Part shown: positions 10,762 to 19,688 of the stretch, piece by piece
Layout: each line of letters starts with the position of its first letter
How positions within the stretch are numbered: the stretch's first letter is position 1
Virus record (IMG/VR): IMGVR_UViG_2974668079_000001
Location: 12,351 to 76,350 of that record
Reading direction: 5' to 3' (one strand)
Source of the DNA: a virus
Taxonomy: Duplodnaviria > Caudoviricetes
Length of the DNA: 64,000 nucleotides
Made by a program: the position numbers and the translations under genes
The notes under the pieces: generated by a model
What the model saw: only the letters and a program-made list of their open reading frames with translations
Databases searched by the model: none
What the model was told of the DNA's origin: nothing

Positions 10762-11214
10762 ATGAAGAAGACTAACCCTTTCGCTCTATTCCGCACCTCT
10801 ACTAACGACGAAGTGAACGGCGTAGTGGTAAACTACGGCTCATTCCGCGTTACAGTGGCGTACGCTGGCGGCGCTAACACAGACTACAACCGTCTGCTTA
10901 TGAAACTTGGTAAGCCGTACTTGAAACTAATAAAGTCAGGCAACCTGCCAGAAGAAGTTACGAAAGAGATCGATGAGAAGCTTTACACGCAGACCATCAT
11001 CAAGAACTTTGAAGTAGACGTAGCTGAAGAAGGTGCAGAAGCTCCAGTGTGGAAACGCGGCATTCCAACTGAAGAAGGTGAAGTCCTAGACTACAACGAA
11101 GAGAACTTAGTAAGCCTACTACGCTCCCTTCCACACCTATTCGAAGACATTAAGTCATTCGCTCAGGATATGTCGAACTACAAACCTGATCTGGAAGTAG
11201 CTAAGGGAAACTAA
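10762..11214 (+). CDS. Tail assembly chaperone (gpG-like)
   Basis: Follows the tube gene; ends in the slippery heptamer G GGA AAC. Confidence 0.8.
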   Translation: MKKTNPFALFRTSTNDEVNGVVVNYGSFRVTVAYAGGANTDYNRLLMKLGKPYLKLIKSGNLPEEVTKEIDEKLYTQTIIKNFEVDVAEEGAEAPVWKRGIPTEEGEVLDYNEENLVSLLRSLPHLFEDIKSFAQDMSNYKPDLEVAKGN

Positions 11215-11606
11215 TAGAGTTTCTAAAGCATGAGCTGGAATACGGGGACGATGATTTCACGTTTATCATTGAAGCCGCAATCGAAGCCGGAGACCCACTT
11301 CCGGCTTTTGCTTCAGAAGCGCCGAAACTCCTAGACCCATTAGTACCAACCTATAACATGTTCTGGGATATATACCGATACAGACGTGTTATCGCCAGAA
11401 ATGATTTTGTCCCTTGGGAAGTCCTTGAACGGTTCGCCGCTAAGTACGGGATTGAAGAGCTGGGAGAGTTTCAAGAGTTCTGTGAGTTGTTCCGCGAGAT
11501 GGAGAAAGTTTACTTAGACCACCTAGTAGAACAGTACGAACAGGAACAGAAGCAGGACCAGAATCAACAAGGGGGACAGCATGGCGAATTTCTCGGACAT
11601 ACCTAA
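11205..11606 (+). CDS. Tail assembly chaperone extension (gpGT-like) reached by a -1 frameshift
   Basis: The -1 frame is open from GGGAAAC (11205) to 11606 and includes the 11358 ORF. Confidence 0.75.
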   Translation, partial: GKLIEFLKHELEYGDDDFTFIIEAAIEAGDPLPAFASEAPKLLDPLVPTYNMFWDIYRYRRVIARNDFVPWEVLERFAAKYGIEELGEFQEFCELFREMEKVYLDHLVEQYEQEQKQDQNQQGGQHGEFLGHT

Positions 11607-12036
11607 AGATCTAAAGCACTTCGCTTTCACCCTCCAAGCTAATACCGAAACAAGGCAGCGTGAAGTTGCCTTGACCATTACCAGAGAGCTTATGCAGCGA
11701 AACCCTAAGAAGACGGGTCGTTCTGCTGGCAACTGGCAGGTCGGTATGAATCGCCCCAAACTAATTGCACAGGCTCCTCCGGTAGCGGAGAGGGCTTCGG
11801 ATGAAGAACTTAGTAAAAGTTCTAAACTGTTCGTGCAGAAACAACTTAGTAAAGCGATTAACGATATTACTAAGGGAACTCTACGCGGGGATGACCCGGT
11901 AATCTATATTAGTAATACCATCAACTATGTAGTTTACCTAAACACCACCCGACCATCACCACAGGCTGCTCCGGGTTGGATTGAAGCATCGATCCGATTT
12001 GGCGCAGATAGCACTAAGGGAGTGAAACTTACGTAA
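11581..12036 (+). CDS. HK97 gp10-like tail/neck protein
   Basis: NPKKTGRSAGNWQV, IYISNTINYVVYLN and QAAPGWI motifs. Confidence 0.7.
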   Translation: MANFSDIPKDLKHFAFTLQANTETRQREVALTITRELMQRNPKKTGRSAGNWQVGMNRPKLIAQAPPVAERASDEELSKSSKLFVQKQLSKAINDITKGTLRGDDPVIYISNTINYVVYLNTTRPSPQAAPGWIEASIRFGADSTKGVKLT

Positions 12037-14882
12037 TGGCTGGTGAAAGTTACATTATCAAGGTACGGCAACACGGTGCGCGGGAGGTCAAACGATCACT
12101 CGATGACATCGGTGCTAGTGCTAAACAGACCACGAGCACACTGGAGGGGATGCGTAAGGGCTTGAACCTCCTACTTGGTCTCTACGGTCTAACAGCACTA
12201 CAGCAGTATGCCGACGAATATCAAAACTTGGATGCGAAGCTTAAGATCGCAACGCATAGTACAGAGGAGCTGGCTCGTGCAGAGGACCAGCTTTTCCGCA
12301 TTGCGAACAGAACGTATTCCTCATTCTCAAGTACCGTTGACCTATACGCACGTTTTGAGCGTTCTACACGGAGTCTTAAGATCTCGCAGGATAACCTCCT
12401 ACAGATCACAGAGACGGTGAACAAAGCCATTGCCTTATCCGGTGCAAGTACTCAGGCTGCTAACGCGGCTATCTTGCAGTTAGGTCAGGGTATGGCGGCA
12501 GGCACACTCCGTGGTGACGAACTTAACTCAGTTCTCGAACAAGCACCACGTCTAGCCGAGGCAATTGCTTCCGGTATGGGCGTTGCTGTTGGTAACTTGA
12601 AGCGTCTTGGTGAGCAGGGACTTATCACAACGGAAGAAGTACTCAACGCACTTGCGTCTCAGGGTGCTGCTATCGACAAGGAGTTCCTAAACGTAAACCT
12701 TACTATTGGTAAAGCAATGGAGGTTCTGAATAACCAGATCCTACGTGCCATTGGTCAGCTAGATAGTAAACTAGGCATCTCGTCTACCATCGCTAAGTCT
12801 ATTGTAACGTTGAGCCAAAACCTCGACCAAGTTGCAGGTGCGGCTCTTGGCGCTGCTGCTGGTCTTGCAGTAATGTACGCGCCAGCTTTACTAAAAGGTC
12901 TGGTAACTGTTACGCGATTAGTAAAAGGGTTAACTCTTGCGATGGTTTCTAACCCGTTGGGTGCGATGGCGGTAGCTGCTGCCACCCTTATCGGCTATTT
13001 GACCATTATGGGCGACCAGATTAAGCCTCTGAGCGATAGTTTCGCTACTGTGGCGGACTTCGCTACTGCTGGCTTCGATATGGCGTCAGAATCGCTCTCA
13101 GGGCTTTACAGCTTAATTGAGGATGATGTCAATTCTGCACTAAGCACCATGCGTACCACAGCAGACGAGCTGTTTACTAAGATGGGACCGTTAATCGACC
13201 AAGCAATGTCTATTGGTTATGACGCTATCAACAAAGTGATCGGGGCGTTCGTTATCGCTCGTAAGGTCGGCGCTCAACTGTTCGAATTAGTACTACAGGG
13301 TGCTTCCGGTCTATGGGAAGGTCTAACAGCATTCTACGACTTCTCTGTAGGCTTGGCTAAGTCGATGTTCCAGACTGTCGGCGGTATTGCAAACACAGTG
13401 TCGAAGAGCACGGGTATTACACTGGAGTCGCTGGCACAAGGCTTCAAGCAGGTTCTTAACATCGCTATCGGTGTGTTCACGTTAATTCCGCGCCTAGCAT
13501 TTACTATGGCGAAGAACGTAGCGAAGAACTTCGAGGCACTGTTTGCAGATATTACTAATATGGGCTCGGCTACAATGGAGGCTCTAAAAGTAGCGTTCTC
13601 AGGCGGTGACTTTACTGAAGCGTTCAGCAAGATCCGAGCTCAGTCTAATGGCGCTATTGACGGTATGGGCGACGACATCTCTAGCGTTCTTAAGGACACG
13701 TTCAACCAAGACTATGTTGGCGACCTTATTGCTAAGACTGTCGAGTTGAAAGAGCAGTTCATGGACACGTTCGGTGATGACCTTGCCCAAGACTACCTGA
13801 GTGACGCTCAGCAATCTCTAAGCGAGTTCTACAAGGAGTTCAAGACACGTGCTGAAGATGCAGCTACTGCCCGCCTAGCGGCTGAGCAGGAAGTTACTAA
13901 AGAGTACGAGAAGCAGAACAAGATTGTAGGCGGTGGGGATGCTTTCAGTTCTGACCAGATTGATAAGTTTACTAAGAAGCTTAACGCTATGCGTGAGACT
14001 CTTAACGGACTCGACCCAACTTGGGAACGCTCAACTGAGATCATCAACATCTGGCGTGATACAGCCCTTAACGCGGTAGACAAGAACTGGGAGCGTTACG
14101 AAGAGTACGCGAACATGGTTGAGGAAGTTACACGCGAGAAGATCAACAAAGCCTACTGGGAGCACATGGACCAATCTGAGGCTGCTTTCGACGGCATGAT
14201 CTCAGCCGCGCATAAGATGCAGAAGGAGTACGACAACTCTGCTGAACTCATGAAGAAAGGCATGGGCACGGTGATTGACGGTCTTACTAACCAGTTCATG
14301 CGATTTGCTATGACTGGTAAGTTTAGCTTCAAAGAGCTGGCTGCTGGCGTTGCTGCTTCTATCGCTGAGATGATGATGCGTATGCTCGTCATGCGTGCGG
14401 TTCTGGCGGCGTTGAACGTCATTCCGGGCTTTGCTGCTGCTATGGCTGGTGCCGACGTTGCTGGTCAGGCTGCAACCGCTGGCGGTGCTGCTGCCAACTT
14501 CGCCACATCCACGGCTGTACTACAGCAGGGTATGGGTCAGGCGCAGGCTGCTAACTCGAAGATGTACGCTAAGGGCGGTGCTTTCAGTCGCGGTGTTGAG
14601 ATGTTTGCTAACGGTGGTGCCTTTACTAACAGTGTGGTATCTCGACCTACAAACTTCGCAATGGCTGGCGGTCTTGGTATGATGGGTGAAGCGGGACCAG
14701 AGGCTATTATGCCGCTATCGCGTGGATCTGACGGTAAGTTGGGTGTTCAAGCAAGCGGAGCCGCTTCTCCAGAGGTTAACGTGTACTTTGTACAAAGCGC
14801 CGATGAAGCTGCGGAACTAATGGCTCAAAACCCGAAAGCGATTAACAAATTAGTAAGGGCTATTGACGAGGCTAAAGGATAA
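12036..14882 (+). CDS. Tape measure protein
   Basis: 948 aa, Ala-rich and helical; QLGQGMAAGTLRGDELNSVLEQAP tape-measure domain; C-terminal GEAGPEAIMPL. Confidence 0.93.
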   Translation: MAGESYIIKVRQHGAREVKRSLDDIGASAKQTTSTLEGMRKGLNLLLGLYGLTALQQYADEYQNLDAKLKIATHSTEELARAEDQLFRIANRTYSSFSSTVDLYARFERSTRSLKISQDNLLQITETVNKAIALSGASTQAANAAILQLGQGMAAGTLRGDELNSVLEQAPRLAEAIASGMGVAVGNLKRLGEQGLITTEEVLNALASQGAAIDKEFLNVNLTIGKAMEVLNNQILRAIGQLDSKLGISSTIAKSIVTLSQNLDQVAGAALGAAAGLAVMYAPALLKGLVTVTRLVKGLTLAMVSNPLGAMAVAAATLIGYLTIMGDQIKPLSDSFATVADFATAGFDMASESLSGLYSLIEDDVNSALSTMRTTADELFTKMGPLIDQAMSIGYDAINKVIGAFVIARKVGAQLFELVLQGASGLWEGLTAFYDFSVGLAKSMFQTVGGIANTVSKSTGITLESLAQGFKQVLNIAIGVFTLIPRLAFTMAKNVAKNFEALFADITNMGSATMEALKVAFSGGDFTEAFSKIRAQSNGAIDGMGDDISSVLKDTFNQDYVGDLIAKTVELKEQFMDTFGDDLAQDYLSDAQQSLSEFYKEFKTRAEDAATARLAAEQEVTKEYEKQNKIVGGGDAFSSDQIDKFTKKLNAMRETLNGLDPTWERSTEIINIWRDTALNAVDKNWERYEEYANMVEEVTREKINKAYWEHMDQSEAAFDGMISAAHKMQKEYDNSAELMKKGMGTVIDGLTNQFMRFAMTGKFSFKELAAGVAASIAEMMMRMLVMRAVLAALNVIPGFAAAMAGADVAGQAATAGGAAANFATSTAVLQQGMGQAQAANSKMYAKGGAFSRGVEMFANGGAFTNSVVSRPTNFAMAGGLGMMGEAGPEAIMPLSRGSDGKLGVQASGAASPEVNVYFVQSADEAAELMAQNPKAINKLVRAIDEAKG

Positions 14883-14884
14883 AT

Positions 14885-15712
14885 ATGGCATATCAAAAAG
14901 GTACTGCTAACAGTCATACAGACCTGTTAGTAAAACTCCACACGTTCGCTACGGCGAACGGGTGGACATCACAGAAGAACGAGGAGTCCGGGGGCGAGCG
15001 AGAGATCGTTCTCAAGTCCACAGGTACAGGTGGAAACGATTCAATTGTACTGGCGTTTCGAGCTAACACCCTACAAGCGTCTGATACATATAACATACGC
15101 TGTCGTGTGTCTGCTGCGTACGTTACGTCTGCGTTTGACAACATAACGGGTGCGTCGCCGGAGTCAGTACTATACGCGTGGAACGCAGATATGGAATACT
15201 ACTTTATTGTTAGTAAAGAGCGGATCATGATTCTGTTTACAGTATCTGGCGTATCTCAGTACTACTACGGCGGTAACATGCAGGTGTACACGTCTCGTGG
15301 GCACTGGGTAAGTCCACTCTGCTGCTTCGGGGTAGGGACCAGCACTACAGCTCGCTGGTCTGAGCAGGGCAACGACTTCTCCGGGTGGCAGTACATCCGT
15401 GGTTCTAACCCCAACCACATATTGGGTGACACAGGCGCATGGACTAAACCAGATTACTTTTTCCCGAATATGGATACGGCTCTTACTAATAAGCTGCGTG
15501 CCTACGACAACGGGGACATCCCGCTCCTACCAATGTTCGTAAGGACAGCCGCTCGCGGCATAGTGGGGGAGCTCCACGGTGCCTTCGGATGTGGTGGGTT
15601 TGGTGTTTCTCACGGGCAGGAACTAGCACACTCATCTGGTAGACGTTTTGTAATCCTTCAGAACGTATACCGGGCGGGAACTACAGACTACATGGCAATG
15701 GAGCTAGCATAA
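14885..15712 (+). CDS. Virion structural tail protein
   Basis: Directly after the tape measure gene; tightly coupled; beta-rich. Confidence 0.65.
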   Translation: MAYQKGTANSHTDLLVKLHTFATANGWTSQKNEESGGEREIVLKSTGTGGNDSIVLAFRANTLQASDTYNIRCRVSAAYVTSAFDNITGASPESVLYAWNADMEYYFIVSKERIMILFTVSGVSQYYYGGNMQVYTSRGHWVSPLCCFGVGTSTTARWSEQGNDFSGWQYIRGSNPNHILGDTGAWTKPDYFFPNMDTALTNKLRAYDNGDIPLLPMFVRTAARGIVGELHGAFGCGGFGVSHGQELAHSSGRRFVILQNVYRAGTTDYMAMELA

Positions 15713-16704
15713 TGGGATACGAGAATGCTACTTACAACTCAAGGGTAGAGCTTGGGCAGAAGTTTGCCACCGCTATTACTAATCTGGGTGGGACTGTCAA
15801 GCGGCAGTACCAGAACACTATCAACGGAGAGCCCGCATACCAAGTTATTGTGCAGGTGGCGTCGGATGTGTTTATGCACTATGACTTCCGCTGGCACCGA
15901 TGGTACTCGCGTAGAGGAACGTACCGCTATCGAGAGGGGATGTTTACTAAAATGGGAACTGCATACGTTGACGGAGCTGACACGGTCAGTGGGGAAGTCA
16001 GCAGCAACTTTGGTCCCGGTGGTGGCGGTCAGGTATCTACTAACTGGGATCACATCCACCAGTACCTACCCATTCCCGGAAAGGTACATGTTGCGCGCAA
16101 CAGCGCTACCGGGGAATTTGTACTCTGTATGGAGAATCCAGCCGACTCTAAATCAGTGCTGCATGGGGTAGGGCGTATCATAATGCAGGACACCACTTTC
16201 GGCCCCGTACCCCAGTGGTGGTTTGATGGTGAGTACCATTATCGAGATGCCAACTCAGTCGACGGTGTTTATTTCATGGAGAATACTGACGGGACTGGTC
16301 GTTCTGCTAGGTGGACGGGGCAACTACAGCAGCGCGATAGTGCTGGCACTGTAACCGGATATGAGGCGATGGGTGCCGCAGATAAAGCTTGGCAACGCCC
16401 TATGACCGGGTATCAGCCACTAGGTAGGTTAGGTCTGTACAGTGCAATTGTTGGGAACCTAAGCTTTGAACCGTCCTTAACAAGTATCTTCCTGCCCGCC
16501 CTGTGGTGTGGTGTCAAGGGGACGGATTACACGATCCGAGCACCTAGAGGTGATCGTCCTACGTTCAAGATTTGCAATATGCGCTACCTAGGTGTTGGGC
16601 AGGAGATTATCTACAACAACCAGTCGTACCGAGTGTTCCCGTGCTTAGGTAAGGGTGGTGAGAGCACTCCGGGGATCGCATTCTTAGTAGGAGCAGCATC
16701 GTGA
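15712..16704 (+). CDS. Virion structural tail protein
   Basis: Coupled to the previous gene, with similar N- and C-terminal patterns (possible paralogue). Confidence 0.6.
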   Translation: MGYENATYNSRVELGQKFATAITNLGGTVKRQYQNTINGEPAYQVIVQVASDVFMHYDFRWHRWYSRRGTYRYREGMFTKMGTAYVDGADTVSGEVSSNFGPGGGGQVSTNWDHIHQYLPIPGKVHVARNSATGEFVLCMENPADSKSVLHGVGRIIMQDTTFGPVPQWWFDGEYHYRDANSVDGVYFMENTDGTGRSARWTGQLQQRDSAGTVTGYEAMGAADKAWQRPMTGYQPLGRLGLYSAIVGNLSFEPSLTSIFLPALWCGVKGTDYTIRAPRGDRPTFKICNMRYLGVGQEIIYNNQSYRVFPCLGKGGESTPGIAFLVGAAS

Positions 16705-18374
16705 GTAATGCAGTACTTTTTAGTAATGCGTTCGGATACACACTGAAGGCAGATCCACCGCCTAAAGTTAATACGCCTGTTTATATGGCTCCCTCCTACC
16801 TTCGGGTAGGAGTTCCGAATGCACGAGGTCCTTGGCTAAAATCTAAGGCAGCGGTGGTGGGTGTTCCATACGGAGGCTTCTGGGAATCCTTTAAGAACTC
16901 CCTATTCATCCAGCCAAACAAGATAGATTTAGGGCTTGTACTTAGCCCTAGTACGCATTTCATCCGTGTTTGGAGTTCTCATGAGCAGTCGATCACTGCC
17001 CCTAACATCGTGGCTACAGGCAACGGAGGCATGGCGCTTACAGGGACCACCTCGAATATCACGCTGGACGCATTCGGCGGATACAAGGACTATACGCTGA
17101 GCGTGTCTCTGTCTGTGGCGGGCGTAATTGACGCGAAGTATTCATGGAACTTCCCCGGACTCCCTGAGTCTGTGAAATTACTAAACGTGATAGGACAGCG
17201 GATTGTCGTGTTTGGCATCCCACCACAAAAAAGAATGGTGGAGAAGCTTAGTTGGAAGACCGATGTTATACGTACCCTAGATGGTGCTGAGCAGCGCATA
17301 CGTATTCGTGAGAATCCGATGTCTATCATCCGTTACAAGTCAGTCACAGGCTATTTGGATACGGCAGGCGCGGAGGCTTTGACCTATCGGTTAGGTCACG
17401 ATGACGTGGCGATCCCACTATGGCATGAGGGCGTGCGTTATCCGGGGGTGTTAGCTGCTGGCGTCAGCCGGATTGACGTAAGCACTGAAGCTTCGTCCTT
17501 TGCGGTTGACGATCTAGTAATACTCTGGAAAGACTTTTTCACGTACGAGACGGCTACAATTGCCACTGTAGCAGCCGACCATATAACCCTTAAGAAACCG
17601 CTTGTGGGTACTTGGGACCGACCACTGGTAGCCCCTCTAGCCTATGGTCTGATTGATAGTGTTACTTTTAGTAAATACAAGATCAACGTGTCTGAGAATA
17701 ACGTGGAGTACACCCGAAACTCTACCGTGAGTATAGCTGGGTCTGCCACGTACCCACTCTACGATGGAATCCCAGTGTACGGTAAGTTGCTGTACATGAG
17801 CGGCAAGTCATCACCAGCTGCTTATACACCCTCGGTGGACTCACTGGATTATGGCATTAAGCCTAGATCCCAGAAGAAGCGGTACGACTTCCCAGACGTA
17901 ACACGAGACATATTAGTAAAAATGTACAGTCCGCTAGAGGTAATGAACTTCAAGAAGTTCTTGACCTACTTGGGCGGGAAGCAGAAGCCATTCTGGTACG
18001 TCAGCGATTGGTGGGATTTCAACCCAGTGGGTAACACGCCTACCACTGAGACCGTGATACGCATACAGGACATGGGATTCCTAGAGTACTACGCAGGTGC
18101 GGTTAACCGTAAGTGGCTAGCCATTAAGCCGAAGGGTGGTGCTTGGGTGTACCGTCAGGTATCCTCAGTTGCGAAAGGCGCGGACATTCCGGGCGAGCCT
18201 AAGAACGAAGCTATCACAATAGACACAGCCTTACCCTTTACTTTTAGTAAAGACACGGTTGAGAAGATTAGCTTGATGGTCCCAGTTCGACTCCAGCAAG
18301 ATGAGGTTACTTTCAATTGGGATGGTATGGAGCATATAACAGCCAGCCTTCGGGTTGTGGAGGTTACTAAATAA
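16701..18374 (+). CDS. Tail / distal tail structural protein
   Basis: EKLSWKTDVIRTLDGAEQRIRIR motif seen in siphovirus tail-tip modules. Confidence 0.65.
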   Translation: MSNAVLFSNAFGYTLKADPPPKVNTPVYMAPSYLRVGVPNARGPWLKSKAAVVGVPYGGFWESFKNSLFIQPNKIDLGLVLSPSTHFIRVWSSHEQSITAPNIVATGNGGMALTGTTSNITLDAFGGYKDYTLSVSLSVAGVIDAKYSWNFPGLPESVKLLNVIGQRIVVFGIPPQKRMVEKLSWKTDVIRTLDGAEQRIRIRENPMSIIRYKSVTGYLDTAGAEALTYRLGHDDVAIPLWHEGVRYPGVLAAGVSRIDVSTEASSFAVDDLVILWKDFFTYETATIATVAADHITLKKPLVGTWDRPLVAPLAYGLIDSVTFSKYKINVSENNVEYTRNSTVSIAGSATYPLYDGIPVYGKLLYMSGKSSPAAYTPSVDSLDYGIKPRSQKKRYDFPDVTRDILVKMYSPLEVMNFKKFLTYLGGKQKPFWYVSDWWDFNPVGNTPTTETVIRIQDMGFLEYYAGAVNRKWLAIKPKGGAWVYRQVSSVAKGADIPGEPKNEAITIDTALPFTFSKDTVEKISLMVPVRLQQDEVTFNWDGMEHITASLRVVEVTK

Positions 18375-19180
18375 TGAGCTACACAGATAAAGAGGATAGC
18401 TTGTACGACGGTAGACCAGTAACGGTCTACCACTTCAACTATGGCAACGAGGACTACTGGTACACATCTTCCGACGAGGACATACTGTCCCCCGGCGGTA
18501 CGGCTACCAGCATCCATATTAAGCACGGGACTATGAAAGAGACTACAGAGGATAAGAGATCCACTGTTAAGATTGAGATAGATGCCAACGTACCTCTTTC
18601 TAAAGCTCTTCGCATAAATCCGGCGGACTCGGTTTGCCGCGTGAACATCCTACGCGGGCATCGAAATGACACTGATAGACAGTGGGTGTACTACTGGCGT
18701 GGTACGGTATCCGTCGTGGGGAGAGAGGAAGCCTCTCAGTTAAGTTTAGAGTGTACGCACATGCTAGCTACTCTGGCGTCAGGTGGTCTACGGTCTCGGT
18801 TTAGCTACACGTGCCCGCACGCCCTGTACGGACCGAGTTGTAGGGCTACACGCTCAGCGGACAAACTGAGGACAGCAACTGTTACTGCGATCTCCGGCGC
18901 TAAGGTATCACTGTCTGGGTGGAGTACTACGACTTGGTGGAATGGTGGGCAGATGACCTTCGTGAATAACAAGTACCGTCGGTATATAATGTCCTCCGAT
19001 GCTACGGGGATACTGCTGGACGCAGTACCTATCGGTCTTGCCGTGGGTATGGAAGTGTCGTTAGTAGCCGGGTGTGACCGGACTAAGGCAACGTGCCAGT
19101 CCAAGTTCAATAACCTAGCCAACTATGGCGGCTACTTAGCAGTGCCCACTAAAAACCCGTTCCAAGACGGAATTGCTTAA
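18374..19180 (+). CDS. Tail tip assembly protein (gpL / DUF2163-BR0599-like)
   Basis: CPHALYGPSC and GCDRTKATCQSKFNNLANYGG Cys motifs. Confidence 0.8.
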   Translation: MSYTDKEDSLYDGRPVTVYHFNYGNEDYWYTSSDEDILSPGGTATSIHIKHGTMKETTEDKRSTVKIEIDANVPLSKALRINPADSVCRVNILRGHRNDTDRQWVYYWRGTVSVVGREEASQLSLECTHMLATLASGGLRSRFSYTCPHALYGPSCRATRSADKLRTATVTAISGAKVSLSGWSTTTWWNGGQMTFVNNKYRRYIMSSDATGILLDAVPIGLAVGMEVSLVAGCDRTKATCQSKFNNLANYGGYLAVPTKNPFQDGIA

Positions 19181-19200
19181 TATTAGTAAAAGGAGTAATT

Positions 19201-19443
19201 ATGGCTGTTCAGCTACTCTGGTACGCAGTAATACTTATCGTATCAGTGATCGTGTCTGTAGCCTTAGCGCCGAAGCCTCCGAAGCCTGACTCCCCTCAGA
19301 CTAAGGATATTAACGCGCCTACAGCTTCAGAGAATGAGTTTATCCCGGTAGCCTTCGGCACCACGTGGCTGCAAAAGCCAAACGTATGCTGGTACGGTAA
19401 TACGGGCACCGATGAGATTCGTAAGAGTGGAGGTAAGAAGTAA
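19201..19443 (+). CDS. Small tail assembly protein
   Basis: N-terminal hydrophobic helix, then IPVAFGT..LQKPNVCWYG. Confidence 0.7.
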   Translation: MAVQLLWYAVILIVSVIVSVALAPKPPKPDSPQTKDINAPTASENEFIPVAFGTTWLQKPNVCWYGNTGTDEIRKSGGKK

Positions 19444-19688
19444 TGTCCGATAGGGTGGAACTACTCCCCGGCGAAGAGGACTTTAGACTTTACATATCGG
19501 ACTTCGATCAGGAGTCCGTTAAGCAGTTCAATTGCCATAGCGGGATGCGTGCCAAAGGCAAAGCCTACGGCTTAGATTGGTGGGATTTTCTTACTAATGG
19601 AATTATGTTCTCAGAGCTGGCAGCTCTTGAGGATGGTCAGATTAACCGATGCTTAGTGGAGATTTTAAATGGGCGGAGGCGGAAGTAA
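19443..19688 (+). CDS. Small tail assembly protein
   Basis: CHSGMR..GLDWWDFLTNGI motif; translationally coupled. Confidence 0.65.
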   Translation: MSDRVELLPGEEDFRLYISDFDQESVKQFNCHSGMRAKGKAYGLDWWDFLTNGIMFSELAALEDGQINRCLVEILNGRRRK

